A stretch of 64,000 nt of DNA. Origin: a virus. Made by a program: the position numbers and the translations under genes. Positions 20,501 through 30,296 of the stretch are shown here, one piece after another. The stretch's first letter is position 1; every line of letters begins with the position of its first letter. Where the stretch lies: IMG/VR virus record IMGVR_UViG_3300025617_000006. One strand, given 5' to 3'. A model generated the notes under the pieces. The model was given only the letters and a program-made list of their open reading frames with translations, had not been told where the DNA came from and did not search any database.

Positions 20501-23500
20501 TATTACAATTCTGTCACCTACTTTATAGGCTGTACCAGTATCTGATGCAAAAACAATTGTGTATGCTCCGCCATCCCTAGTTACATTAAATGTTGCATTT
20601 GATCCTGCGTTAGGATCGTTGTTACCTATTTGCTCATTATATGTTCCGGATCCTGTAGCACCAGTACCAGTAAAGGTAAAGCCGCTGATTCCGCCGTCTT
20701 CTGCTTGGACACTTGTAATAGTAATTACAACATCGTTGGCCGGTGTTGCACCACTAAGGTCAGTTCCTGATATGCTAATAGTCTGATCTGGACCATAATT
20801 TTGTCCTGCACTTTCAGAAGTAATAGTATATGCGCCGCCGGATAAATCAATTTGGAATGTTGCTCCGCTACCAATTAAGTTAGTACCATTAGTAACTTCA
20901 GGATAAGATCTAGTGTTAACTGCTGTGCCTGCTTCTGTTGTGCCTGTTACTGCACCGTTAACATCAACTGATGAAATTGTTATAGTTAGGTTGTTAGTAC
21001 CGTCGGCACCGCCCAGTTCTGATCCTAAAATTGTAAACGTTTCTGCTGCCAAGTAGCCAGTACCACCGCTTGTTACGTTTACTGTATAGTCTGTTCCGAT
21101 TCTTTGGACATTAAGATCAAACCCGCTACCTGAAACTGTTGTCGAAGTATATGCTGGAGACGGATAACTTACATCTGCGTCAACTGCTGTTCCTGTTGCA
21201 TCAACACTTGTAATTGACCCGCCTGCACCAACTGCTGTAACACTCAACGTAGCATCATTAGTTACACTCTGGCCTCCTAGATCAAAGCCGTCAATTACAA
21301 TTTGGTCTCCAACAACATACCCTGATGAAGTATCTGGAGATGTAACTGACGCAGTGTAAACATTATTAGTATATGTAATATCAAAAACAGGATCAGTACC
21401 AAGACCACCGCTAGTAGTTCCATTAACTCCAAAGAATGACCCTTCACCGTCAAACCCTGTTCCTGAGAACGAAAATTCATCAATTTCGCCGCCGCTAATA
21501 ATAGTATCAACAATAATTCTTAAATCATTAACTCCGTCTACGCCGCCTAGACTTCCGCCGCTTATGACAATGTTATCACCTACTTTAAAGTCTTGGCCTG
21601 TTTGATTAATGTCAACAGTATATACACCAGCAGTTCTAGTAACATCAAATGTTGCACCGTTACCAATTGACGAATCGTTTTCTCCTGTTAAACCAGTATA
21701 CTCAACTCTGTTACCTACCAATATTCTTGAAGTTGCTGTACTTAATGTTAAATCATTACCAGTAACGTTAGTTACAAATGCCGCCGTACCGTCTCCACGA
21801 TCAAGTGCCGCGCCAACTATTACTGATGAAGCATCCTCAACTGTTACCGAAAACGACCCTTGTGCAACGTCTTGTACTAATACCGGAGTTCCAATAATTC
21901 CGCCATCGCCTGTAGTACCTGTTACCTGAGAACCTAAAGGAATTTCTCCGCCGGGTTCTTGTAACGGAGCACCTAACTCTGGAGGAGTTCCTTGGATCGG
22001 TAATCTATTTTCACCAGTTTCAACACCCAGTGAAAGACTAAATGATCCGTTTGAACCTTGTGTAGTAACATCAAATGTTGGTGTATCACCTTGTATTGCC
22101 GCTCCTGTATAAAAAGCCGCTTGTCTTAAAATTGTATAAAATGTTTCTAAAGTTGTATTTGCTGATACTCCAACTTTTGCTTTAGCATAGTATGTAAATG
22201 TACTGTTATCGACAACAGTGTTTACAATAAATGTACCTTCTGCACGACCGTTGCCTTGAACACTACCGTCGAGCCCGCGGATTGTAATTGGATTACCTGC
22301 GGTAACGCCATGCGGTCCAACTGTTTCTACAGTAATTAATGATTGACCAATGCCGTCACTGCCAGCCGATGCATCAGTTAATACTTTACTAACTGTTGTA
22401 TCCGTTCCTGGAACTTCATAAGTTGAAGGATATCCCCGCATAGTACCAATCGCCTGCCACTTAGTAGGCTGTAGTCCGTACTCAAAGTCAGCATCAAGCA
22501 TTGATACTGCATTTGCAACACGCTGACGTTCAATTGCATCAGTACCAAAATCATAAGGTCTAACTTTTAAATCACCTTGATCAACAAAAATTTGTAAAGT
22601 ATCATTTTCGGACCAAATCTTAGGCTCGTCTTTAACTGGTAAGAATGATAAACCGTTTTCAATAACTGTTGTAATAATTGCAACTAATTCTGTTACCCGT
22701 GTTGCAGTTCCTAAATCAGCATCACCTCCTAAAAAGTATTGTGTAGTTTCAACTGGTGATTGTTGCTTAGTTGGATATACTGCTTTAGTTAAAATATAAT
22801 TATTGATTAGATCTCGCAAGAAGTTTTTTGCCGCAATTTCTTGTTCCCTAGTTCCGTCAATTTGTGGAGTTGGGCCTTTCCAATATGCTTTTGCAGTATC
22901 AACAGTATGTGCATTGCCGCCGTACTGCATATCTGCAATCATTGAATCAATATTGTATCCTGTGTCTCTTTCACATTTTGGACCATTATATGTATATCCG
23001 TCCCAAATACTTCCTACGTCTGCATTTTCTACTTGATCTGCAATCCATGCACGTACTTCGTCTTTAAGAAATTCTTTGTTTCTAGCAATAATGTTTCTAG
23101 AACTTTCTAAATATTCTTCATTAGTTGTATCTGTTTCAAACAATACTTGTGTAATAGTATCAGTAGTTTCAAGAAACTTTTGGAAGTAAAAAAACGTTGG
23201 AGTAAATTCTATTGACTCGTATGTATACTTTACATCTGCACCTTTACTTGGGTCACTAAAATTAAATAGTACTGTATTATTTGAAGTATCAGTAATTAAT
23301 AATAAATTGTCTTGTGTTACCTTTGTAGGGAAAATTGCTCTACTAATCTCAGCACGGTGAAAATCAGGCATTGCATCTAATCCGTTAAGAATAACTGCTC
23401 CAATAGTATTTGTAAGAACTTTATCTACTTGTGCCGATGAGTTAGTTTCAGCAATATATTCTGAATTAATTACTTGTGTGGTCACTGCAGGCGCTTGATT

Positions 23501-24196
23501 ACTAGTCCATGCAGTATTTGTTAAAATATATTCATTAATTAGCCATGCACAAAATGCTTTAGCCGCATATTCTGGATTTCGATCCCCGTCGATTTGTGGG
23601 ATTGCTCCGTCCCAATATGTTGAAGCAAGATATCGTGCCTGCTCGTTGCCGTTATATCTTAAATCATGCAACAGCCCGCCTTTTTGATCTTGAACAGGAT
23701 TTTTCGGATCGCCGCCAATGATGTTATAGCGCATATCTCTTTCGCACTTGTCATTGCTGTCATTAACATAATTGTAAAATACACTTCTTACTCCGTCGTT
23801 AACTGCTGAAGCAAATACACGAGTTGAGGTATCAGTTGATATTCCGATATTAACTGTAACTGTGTCATCAGTAGTTGAAGTAATTAAAACTGGAAAACTA
23901 GTATTAGGTATAGTTGGAGCAAATACTAATGCTTGTTCGTCAATTATTAATTGATCACCGGGTAAGTAGGGATGATCAATAATTTCAATAACTAAGTCGC
24001 CGGTTGTTGGTGAATAAGTTGCAGTTGTGGGAGTATGCTGTGCACCTTTATTAATGTTTACATTAATATAAGCACGTACCTCGTCTACAATAAATTCTAC
24101 GTTATTTTCTACAAGCCAATATGCATTTTTTCTATAGTTTCCACTATAGTTAATACCTGTGTGGAAAATATAATCATTAATTTTTCTTTTTGCCAT
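17570..24196 (-). CDS. Very large virion structural/fibre protein (2208 aa)
   Basis: Gly/Thr-rich, with repeated G..Y..GD.I.I.G..LGG....ND units, KCERD helical repeats and YSWYGAG / MRTGNMPVRYE motifs. Confidence 0.7.
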   Translation of the reverse strand: MAKRKINDYIFHTGINYSGNYRKNAYWLVENNVEFIVDEVRAYINVNINKGAQHTPTTATYSPTTGDLVIEIIDHPYLPGDQLIIDEQALVFAPTIPNTSFPVLITSTTDDTVTVNIGISTDTSTRVFASAVNDGVRSVFYNYVNDSNDKCERDMRYNIIGGDPKNPVQDQKGGLLHDLRYNGNEQARYLASTYWDGAIPQIDGDRNPEYAAKAFCAWLINEYILTNTAWTSNQAPAVTTQVINSEYIAETNSSAQVDKVLTNTIGAVILNGLDAMPDFHRAEISRAIFPTKVTQDNLLLITDTSNNTVLFNFSDPSKGADVKYTYESIEFTPTFFYFQKFLETTDTITQVLFETDTTNEEYLESSRNIIARNKEFLKDEVRAWIADQVENADVGSIWDGYTYNGPKCERDTGYNIDSMIADMQYGGNAHTVDTAKAYWKGPTPQIDGTREQEIAAKNFLRDLINNYILTKAVYPTKQQSPVETTQYFLGGDADLGTATRVTELVAIITTVIENGLSFLPVKDEPKIWSENDTLQIFVDQGDLKVRPYDFGTDAIERQRVANAVSMLDADFEYGLQPTKWQAIGTMRGYPSTYEVPGTDTTVSKVLTDASAGSDGIGQSLITVETVGPHGVTAGNPITIRGLDGSVQGNGRAEGTFIVNTVVDNSTFTYYAKAKVGVSANTTLETFYTILRQAAFYTGAAIQGDTPTFDVTTQGSNGSFSLSLGVETGENRLPIQGTPPELGAPLQEPGGEIPLGSQVTGTTGDGGIIGTPVLVQDVAQGSFSVTVEDASSVIVGAALDRGDGTAAFVTNVTGNDLTLSTATSRILVGNRVEYTGLTGENDSSIGNGATFDVTRTAGVYTVDINQTGQDFKVGDNIVISGGSLGGVDGVNDLRIIVDTIISGGEIDEFSFSGTGFDGEGSFFGVNGTTSGGLGTDPVFDITYTNNVYTASVTSPDTSSGYVVGDQIVIDGFDLGGQSVTNDATLSVTAVGAGGSITSVDATGTAVDADVSYPSPAYTSTTVSGSGFDLNVQRIGTDYTVNVTSGGTGYLAAETFTILGSELGGADGTNNLTITISSVDVNGAVTGTTEAGTAVNTRSYPEVTNGTNLIGSGATFQIDLSGGAYTITSESAGQNYGPDQTISISGTDLSGATPANDVVITITSVQAEDGGISGFTFTGTGATGSGTYNEQIGNNDPNAGSNATFNVTRDGGAYTIVFASDTGTAYKVGDRIVIPGDQLGGDTPTNDLTLRCTVESTEGEFLGIDISGTAVTGETLDLYSSVTMTEQTTGPIEQATVVTYEALASIRVTFQTPHGLVPGDSFAITIASDDGNNDHNLAAGPFSATAVPSLTQLEYQCRAPGTIDTAGDGSPGDDPVIGNVYPRPDSFFIHRPYDGGVQLGTGGPQHGAQAIRQSKKYIRYQSGKGIMYTTGALFAPSYNILDITADGTAVGSIITVETDETEHGLQVGGIIKLIGVSTVGYNDEYTVSAINNENVFEIVAKNALGSTTPELTSECQVSLKTFHGATVRSGAFDDQNGIFFEYDGTQFSAVQRTATLQLAGVVGINVDSNTCTGTGTRFREQLKAGDRIVLKGMTHVVSQVVDNTTMYLTPDFRGVTDVRASKICLVRDKKTEQKDFNRDRMDGTGPSGYNMDISKMQMVGIQYSWYGAGFIDYMLRGADGNFVFCHRMRNSNINTEAFMRTGNMPVRYEITNEGPNDKLASDITSTQTIIPLQDASFFPPEGGIVYIDAEMIRFTGVDGKNLTGITRSASMTNFASGATRTYTGGPATEHTRNTGVVLVSNTASPNISHWGSAFITDGGFDSDRGYLFSYKSTGVEISTTRNTSFLLRLAPSVSNALVGDLGERELLNRAQLLLEGLEITTDQPVDADTGGIVIEGILNPQNYPLNPSDVGWQGLSGLAQGGQPSFAQIAPGGSVNWNSGATTVTTAVTTQAALTATCTAVDRGYRSGNTNWDNTLDNSRNYFFVQNSFYLANQALFEIGLEVQSQSGNYFPVGTTITDISSYTYGSRSLGSLRLIFTSARPNTDIVNSNVTIVLTKKFKDAPTNNIFFEKAGYDSAGVIQGTTVSDSRFPAGTAVSSVRLETYGGTEYYDVTFNQTSNATAITAGSTQITFDFTQPPFAQPGETIFSFIAQPGERSTLDLSFIKELTNTTLGGRGTFPNGPDVLAINVYKTSGADIDGNVIVRWSEAQA

Positions 24197-24202
24197 CTGT
24201 CC

Positions 24203-25240
24203 TTATACTCCTAATGCAATAGCAAGTGCTGTTGCTGTATTATCCACATATTGTTTGTTAGTTAAATGTTGACTAGTCACTGGTGCATTTTTTCCTGTTG
24301 CTTGCGTAAAGGTTGCCGCCTCTGGAACGGTGTTTCCTATCACTGTACTATTTAACCCATTTTCAGCATTCAATGCTAAGAACGAAGCGTCTTGTGGAGT
24401 GCTTTGTCCTATTGTAAGATTATCAATTGACCCTGATAGTCCTGAGTCAATTATTAATGTTCCAGTACCTGTTGGAGATATAGTAACGTTTCGATCGTCC
24501 GGTGTAATTGTAGTAGTGTCACTAACTGATAATGTAAGTGCATTTACATACATATTACTTAATGTACCAGCGCCTGCTGGATTAATAGTCACCGTGCCGT
24601 AAGCGCCTGTTGGTGAAAGGACAATTTCAGCATCTTGGCCTCGCAATGTAGCATCACCAATAACATTTAAACTACTAAAACTACCAACACCAGTAATTGT
24701 TGGATCCGCAGTTACAATACTACCAACAACAGAAGCGTCACCTGTACCATACCATAATTGTGTTGGTGCTAACGCATCTAGATCAATAAAGATAATTCCA
24801 ACTGTTTTACCTTGAGCCGCTTCTCCCTCGGCCAAAACATCTCCGGCATCTGTTAGTTTGTAACTTACACCTTCAGAGTATAATACAACTGGAGTTCCTT
24901 CAATTAGCGTAGTTGAGTTTCCGGTTTCATCCTCAATCCAAAAGTTCCATGTTAAAAAGTTGAAACTATTTAAATTAATAGAATAAGTTTCGCCTCTTGT
25001 TAATCTTAAAGTTGGGTTAGGTGCTAGTGTATCAGTATCAGAAACAAATATACCATCTTGTGTAAAAACTGCCTGTTCACCTGCGCCTAATTCATTAAAA
25101 TATAGTCTACCTTCAATTGTAACTTGTTCTTCTTCAATGTAGGACAGGCTTCGTACGGTAACGTTTCCTGCATCATCTACAGCAAAGCCAGGACTTTTAA
25201 ATCCATGTTGTGATTCAAACGGGTTGTACGTTACTGCCAT
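24203..25240 (-). CDS. Virion fibre-type protein
   Basis: L.L.P.GTG.. repeats, HLTNKQYVD, C-terminal ALAIALGV. Confidence 0.6.
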   Translation of the reverse strand: MAVTYNPFESQHGFKSPGFAVDDAGNVTVRSLSYIEEEQVTIEGRLYFNELGAGEQAVFTQDGIFVSDTDTLAPNPTLRLTRGETYSINLNSFNFLTWNFWIEDETGNSTTLIEGTPVVLYSEGVSYKLTDAGDVLAEGEAAQGKTVGIIFIDLDALAPTQLWYGTGDASVVGSIVTADPTITGVGSFSSLNVIGDATLRGQDAEIVLSPTGAYGTVTINPAGAGTLSNMYVNALTLSVSDTTTITPDDRNVTISPTGTGTLIIDSGLSGSIDNLTIGQSTPQDASFLALNAENGLNSTVIGNTVPEAATFTQATGKNAPVTSQHLTNKQYVDNTATALAIALGV

Positions 25241-25262
25241 CTAATGCTCCAATTACACATAT

Positions 25263-25682
25263 TTATGCTGGTACTAAAACGTTTTGAGTTTGGAAATAAT
25301 TAGCACTGAAAACAATTTTTGCACCACGTCCTGGTGCAGAATCATCAAGCGGTTTAGCATTAGCAATAATATTTACATAACTGTCATTAACTGTAGCCGA
25401 CAAATCAATAATTTCATTTCCTAAATTTGATCTACCGTAAACTGTTAATTCAGCAGTACTAGGTCCTGCTACTACTAAACATTTAATAATTTCTTTTTGG
25501 AATGTTCCAAGGTCTGCAACCATTGTATACTCTGCGGCACAAAAATCGCCTACAAGCCAACGATCAACAACAGTATCTTCTGTTATTTTTTTCCAGGGTC
25601 CATTATAACTTAGGTTAGCACCGTTTTTCATTAAAACAGTGTTCTTTAAACCTTTGCCAAAGAATTTCGCAATATTAAACAT
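25263..25682 (-). CDS. Hypothetical (probable structural beta-sandwich) protein
   Basis: 139 aa, preceded by GATAAATA and an AGAGG Shine-Dalgarno. Confidence 0.5.
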   Translation of the reverse strand: MFNIAKFFGKGLKNTVLMKNGANLSYNGPWKKITEDTVVDRWLVGDFCAAEYTMVADLGTFQKEIIKCLVVAGPSTAELTVYGRSNLGNEIIDLSATVNDSYVNIIANAKPLDDSAPGRGAKIVFSANYFQTQNVLVPA

Positions 25683-25719
25683 CTTAGTCCTCTTTGTAGT
25701 ATTTATCGCCTAAGAGGAT

Positions 25720-27534
25720 TTAATTTTTAACAGTAATCAGTTTTGAGTATTCTGGCAAATATAAGTATTCTACATCACTCTTAGCGAGTGTTTTTACTGC
25801 ATCATCTAATGTTTCTACTAAAGGATCCCCACCTAAATTAAAACTAGTATTAAATACCATAGGAATACCTGTTTTATCTTTAAATGCTTTAATAAGATCA
25901 TAGTAGTGTTTGTTTTGCTCTTGGTTAACTGTCTGAATACGACATGAACCGTCTACGTGAATAATACTAGGAATCTTTTCTTCAATGCCTGGTTGACAGC
26001 GCACTGCATACATCATTGTAGGAGACGATTTCATTCCTCTCAAATCAAACCACTCATGCACATCTTCTTCTAAAATACTACCTGCAAATGGACGGAAGTA
26101 TTCTCTACGTTTTACTTCGTTAACATGATCTTTGCCGTTTGGATCTGTTGGATCATACATAAAACTTCTATTGCCCAATGCACGTGGACCATTTTCTGAT
26201 TGGCCTTGAAAAATTGATACAATATTTCGAGATGCCATTAGTTCAACTACATCATTGTGTGTTGCATCAGTAACTTCGGCTTCGTACTTCTCTACTGTTT
26301 TAGTAATTTCGTCATTAGTATAACAGTATGATGGTCCGCTATATAATGTTTCTTTTTGTGGAAGTACAGTACAATCCTCAGTGATCAATCGATGCTGTAA
26401 GAATGCCGCGCCCATAGCAGTACCGGCATCATTTGAAACTGGTTCTACATAGATTTCAATACCAGTACCTTTAAGTTGTTCTAAATAGTAATAGTTTGCA
26501 ACACAGTTTAATCCGTATCCTCCGCTGATTACTACTTTCTTTTTACCAGTCATTTCAACTGCTTTAAAAATTAATTTAAGGACTTGTTCTTGAGTTTGTG
26601 TTTGACATGCATATGCCATCTTGCGTCTATTTTCTAAAGTTGTAACATCTTCACTTTGGCCTTGAAGATCTCTTAACTGTTCGAAATAGTTACGATTAAC
26701 ATGCGCACCGTTTGGATATGTAGGAATAATTACGTTTCTATTTGATAATGCGCTTGTTTGATTATCTGTAAACAATTGCGGATACGAATCGTCCTTTTCG
26801 CCATAAGGGAATAGTCCCATAGTTTTACCTGCTTCAATAAAACTAAAACCGCAATAGTCTGTTACTGCTTCATATGTTTTTACAATACCTGCTGTTTCAC
26901 TGATAACAACCTGTGGAATAGTATTGCCTTCTTCGCCAAAGAATCCGCCATCAAAGTTTTGAAACTCGCCGCCTACTAACGGTCCTCTAGTGCCTAGATG
27001 CTTATAAACAGTTTTAAAATTTCCTGGATATCCGCAATCAATAATACTTTCTGTTTCCCACAATGTAGTTGCAGGCTCGTATTCTCCGTTTAACTGTGCA
27101 TCAAAGAATGTTCCAGCACCGTCAACAATAAGTGCTACAGCATCGTCAAATCCAGAATTATAAAAACTTAATGCCGCATGAAGTTTATGATGGAAATAAC
27201 TATAGTCAATTACTTGAGGATGATTCGGCAATAGTTTAGCATCTCTGTCAATTAATCCTAATTTACGTGCAAGTCCGGTATACACATCGTCCCCAGTAAA
27301 GTCAACTTTACCTGCTGTTTCATTTAAACTTTGTGTATGTGCTACGACTAGATAATCTAACTTATCAGTGTAATCGAGAATCTTAACCATTGATGCAAAC
27401 GGTCCGCCGTCGTACTTATGTCGGCTTAGTCTTTCTTCTTCAATGGAGAAAACTACTTCTCCGTCTTTTAAAAGACACACGCCGCCGTTGTGTCCTCTAG
27501 CAATCCCGGCAATCCAAACTGGTGGTTTTTTCAT
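25720..27534 (-). CDS. O-carbamoyltransferase (NodU/CmcH/TobZ family)
   Basis: EEERLSRHK, HHKLHA, VDGAG, GKTMGL, GGYGLNCVAN, NDAGTAMG, GPRALGNRS, KRREYFRPFA, HVDGSCRIQT, NTSFN. Confidence 0.92.
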   Translation of the reverse strand: MKKPPVWIAGIARGHNGGVCLLKDGEVVFSIEEERLSRHKYDGGPFASMVKILDYTDKLDYLVVAHTQSLNETAGKVDFTGDDVYTGLARKLGLIDRDAKLLPNHPQVIDYSYFHHKLHAALSFYNSGFDDAVALIVDGAGTFFDAQLNGEYEPATTLWETESIIDCGYPGNFKTVYKHLGTRGPLVGGEFQNFDGGFFGEEGNTIPQVVISETAGIVKTYEAVTDYCGFSFIEAGKTMGLFPYGEKDDSYPQLFTDNQTSALSNRNVIIPTYPNGAHVNRNYFEQLRDLQGQSEDVTTLENRRKMAYACQTQTQEQVLKLIFKAVEMTGKKKVVISGGYGLNCVANYYYLEQLKGTGIEIYVEPVSNDAGTAMGAAFLQHRLITEDCTVLPQKETLYSGPSYCYTNDEITKTVEKYEAEVTDATHNDVVELMASRNIVSIFQGQSENGPRALGNRSFMYDPTDPNGKDHVNEVKRREYFRPFAGSILEEDVHEWFDLRGMKSSPTMMYAVRCQPGIEEKIPSIIHVDGSCRIQTVNQEQNKHYYDLIKAFKDKTGIPMVFNTSFNLGGDPLVETLDDAVKTLAKSDVEYLYLPEYSKLITVKN

Positions 27535-27535
27535 A

Positions 27536-28429
27536 TTAAAATCCTACATATCCTATATGTTTATAATCGACTATTTCGTCTAAAATGTGTTCTTCAAATC
27601 CGATAAGATCACTATATGACTCTTTTAGTTTATTAAGTTTTTTCATTATACTATATTGTTTATCGTTATTTTTGCTAGTGATGCCTAAACTTGGACGGAC
27701 AACTTCATTAAGATAGTCAAAATGGTGCCAATGACTAGGATGTAGTTCTGTCCATTCTTTTTTAGACGTCGGGTCTACAAATTTATAAATTTTATCTGTA
27801 TTACGCCAAGCAAATAATCCTAATGGTTCTAACCATTTAGACTTATCTATATTATTATATACTTTTAATTTTGGATTGTCAACATATATGTCACTACTTT
27901 TGTGTGTTGTTTCTCCGAATCCAGGAGTATCGGGCATATCTGTGCCTAACTTATTCATGTCTCCGATTGATAACATTCTATACTGACATCCGATACTTTC
28001 AAGTAGTCCTTGCGTTAAAATAATGTTGTTTTGGCCATGCATAAAATAACTGTCTTCGTCCCAAAACGTATTAATCCAATTGTCACTATAACAAATTTCT
28101 CTATTCATATAATTGAATATACTGCCCTTGGTTTTCCAACCAGTATTATCTGTATTCCGAATTGGATCGCCGCGACTTTGATCAAAGTGTGCTGATTTAA
28201 AAGTATGCCAATCATTTCGAGTGTTTGTACTCCATTGTACAAGTACTACATCGTCTTTAGTAAAGTTGTTCCGTGCATGACATTCAGCAACTCGTTGTGC
28301 TATTGCACGATTTCCTAATCCTGGAAATCCCCAGTTTTCATAAGAATTAAATTCATAACCAAAAAAGTCTGCATACGTGGGCCATGCATACATTGTAAAA
28401 CTACAACCAAATGTGAATAATCTGCTCAT
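27536..28429 (-). CDS. SGNH/GDSL-like protein, paralog 1
   Basis: N-terminal FGCSFT (GxS), N.G..G.GN, C-terminal HP...H. Confidence 0.55.
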   Translation of the reverse strand: MSRLFTFGCSFTMYAWPTYADFFGYEFNSYENWGFPGLGNRAIAQRVAECHARNNFTKDDVVLVQWSTNTRNDWHTFKSAHFDQSRGDPIRNTDNTGWKTKGSIFNYMNREICYSDNWINTFWDEDSYFMHGQNNIILTQGLLESIGCQYRMLSIGDMNKLGTDMPDTPGFGETTHKSSDIYVDNPKLKVYNNIDKSKWLEPLGLFAWRNTDKIYKFVDPTSKKEWTELHPSHWHHFDYLNEVVRPSLGITSKNNDKQYSIMKKLNKLKESYSDLIGFEEHILDEIVDYKHIGYVGF

Positions 28430-29316
28430 TAAAACCCCCTATAAACAGGTTGATGATTTACTGCTGTACAAACTTCTTCTTGAAAAGTTAAAAAATTAGA
28501 CTCTTTTATCTTAATTTTTTCAATAACATCACTTACAGATACTTTATAATTACTAAGATCAATTTTTAAATTTACAACATTTTCTGCATAATCTAAATGT
28601 TGCTTATGACTAGGATGCACTTCTAACCATGATCCTTGATCGCTTTCAAACTCGTAACTGTCATTACTGTTTGCCCAACTATATGTTCCAATAGGAGTTA
28701 ACCAATTTTCATGTTCTAACACATTTTTATAAATTTCAAATTCAGGTTTGCTTTTAAAAATATCATCGTGATCAGAAATATTTTCATCGTGTGCATTTGG
28801 AATATCAGTACATAGTTTTTTAAAATCTCCAATGCTAGTCATTTTCCAAGTACAGTTTGTACTAGTAAGAAGTCCTTGTGTTAGCATCATATCATTCAAA
28901 TTATACATTACATAACTATGCTCATCCCAGAAAGTACTAACCCACTGATTATCATATATGTACTGCCTATTACTAGAATTAAAAATACTTCCTTGAGTTT
29001 TCCACCCTACATTATGATTATTTCTAAACCATACATGCAAGTAACTATTAGGATCAAACTGCATACTTTCAAATGTATGCCAGTCATTTCTAATATGTGT
29101 ACTCCATTGTACAAGTACTACATCGTCTTCAGTGAAGTTATTTTTAATATGACATTCAGCAACCCGTTCAGCAATTGCACGATTGCCTAGTCCCGGAAAG
29201 GCCCAGTTTTCGTAAACGTCAAAATGCTCGCCTAGAATGTCTGCATATGTAGGCCATGCATACATTGTAAAACTACAACCAAAGGCAAATAGTCTACGCT
29301 TTTTCTTTTGGTTCAC
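28429..29316 (-). CDS. SGNH/GDSL-like protein, paralog 2
   Basis: Same motifs as 27536..28429; clear tandem paralog. Confidence 0.55.
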   Translation of the reverse strand: MNQKKKRRLFAFGCSFTMYAWPTYADILGEHFDVYENWAFPGLGNRAIAERVAECHIKNNFTEDDVVLVQWSTHIRNDWHTFESMQFDPNSYLHVWFRNNHNVGWKTQGSIFNSSNRQYIYDNQWVSTFWDEHSYVMYNLNDMMLTQGLLTSTNCTWKMTSIGDFKKLCTDIPNAHDENISDHDDIFKSKPEFEIYKNVLEHENWLTPIGTYSWANSNDSYEFESDQGSWLEVHPSHKQHLDYAENVVNLKIDLSNYKVSVSDVIEKIKIKESNFLTFQEEVCTAVNHQPVYRGF

Positions 29317-30265
29317 CAGGATTCTTGCCTTTTTTAACCATATTATTTACAGACTCTACAATTACATCTTCAATTTTACTATTCATTACCATAATACCTT
29401 CATTGGATCTATCTGAATGTTCGTCCATTGTAATGCGAATTGGAGAATATACTCTTGCACCTTCTCCCATGTCTAAAATATGATGCTTACGTTCTTTAGG
29501 ATAAGAAATATTTTCTTTAAATGTTGACCCAACAACAACTGTTGCAGTTTGTTCTAACGCATATGCAATATGCTGACCGACACTATCACAACCTAAGAAA
29601 TGATCTGCTTGACTAATAATCCCTGCCCAATATCTTAAATCGATATTTTGCGGAATAGCAACAGGTTGTTTAACACCATGTTTTTGAAACTCAATAGCAA
29701 TTTCACTCATAAAAATAATGCCATAATTTTTACTTAGTTTGTTGACAATGTTGATTACACTTTCGGCTTCAAAACTTCTTCCACTCGGATCAACTATCAT
29801 TCCATTTTCGTGAATTACTCCACGTCCAAATGGTTGGAATACAATTACTTTACTTTTGCCTGTTTTTTCTTTAACTTCATCAACTAGTTTTTTACCAGTC
29901 ATTAATTCTTGTGTACTTAATTTAATAGTTGGCTTTTGTAAATCTCTTACACCTTTGTTATTAATTTCAATATCATAACACTGTGATAGATTTGCTAGTT
30001 GATTATAGTACTCAAATACTCTATATGGTTCAGGACTTACTAGTTCCATATCTTTAAGTTTATCTTCAAACAAATTTTTATGAAACACATCGTATGCTTT
30101 TTTATCTAATACAGGGTGTCCTTTAAAAAAGTCTGTGCCGCCTTCGCATACTAAAATGAAGTCGTCGTCTGGGTTTTCTTCGTGATATTTTTCTAGTGCA
30201 GGGATAGAGCATACTACTCTGCCGGCGCCGCCATTAATAAAAAAGGCTGTATTTCGTTTTGACAT
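29294..30265 (-). CDS. GT-B glycosyltransferase, GT9 (heptosyltransferase)-like
   Basis: N-terminal GGAGR..CSIPAL (equivalent to GIGD), VIVFQPFG, and IISQADHFLGCDSVGQHIAYAL matching the GT9 DSG..HLA.A motif. Confidence 0.7.
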   Translation of the reverse strand: MSKRNTAFFINGGAGRVVCSIPALEKYHEENPDDDFILVCEGGTDFFKGHPVLDKKAYDVFHKNLFEDKLKDMELVSPEPYRVFEYYNQLANLSQCYDIEINNKGVRDLQKPTIKLSTQELMTGKKLVDEVKEKTGKSKVIVFQPFGRGVIHENGMIVDPSGRSFEAESVINIVNKLSKNYGIIFMSEIAIEFQKHGVKQPVAIPQNIDLRYWAGIISQADHFLGCDSVGQHIAYALEQTATVVVGSTFKENISYPKERKHHILDMGEGARVYSPIRITMDEHSDRSNEGIMVMNSKIEDVIVESVNNMVKKGKNPGEPKEKA

Positions 30266-30296
30266 TATTTTATATTCCTTTGTTTCAAATACTTAT

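Noticed and set aside
14521-30265. Heptose and carbamoyl genes as host chromosome contamination or a prophage boundary
   Set aside because: Tightly coupled to phage genes, same composition, preceded by phage TAAATA motifs; no integrase or att-like junction seen
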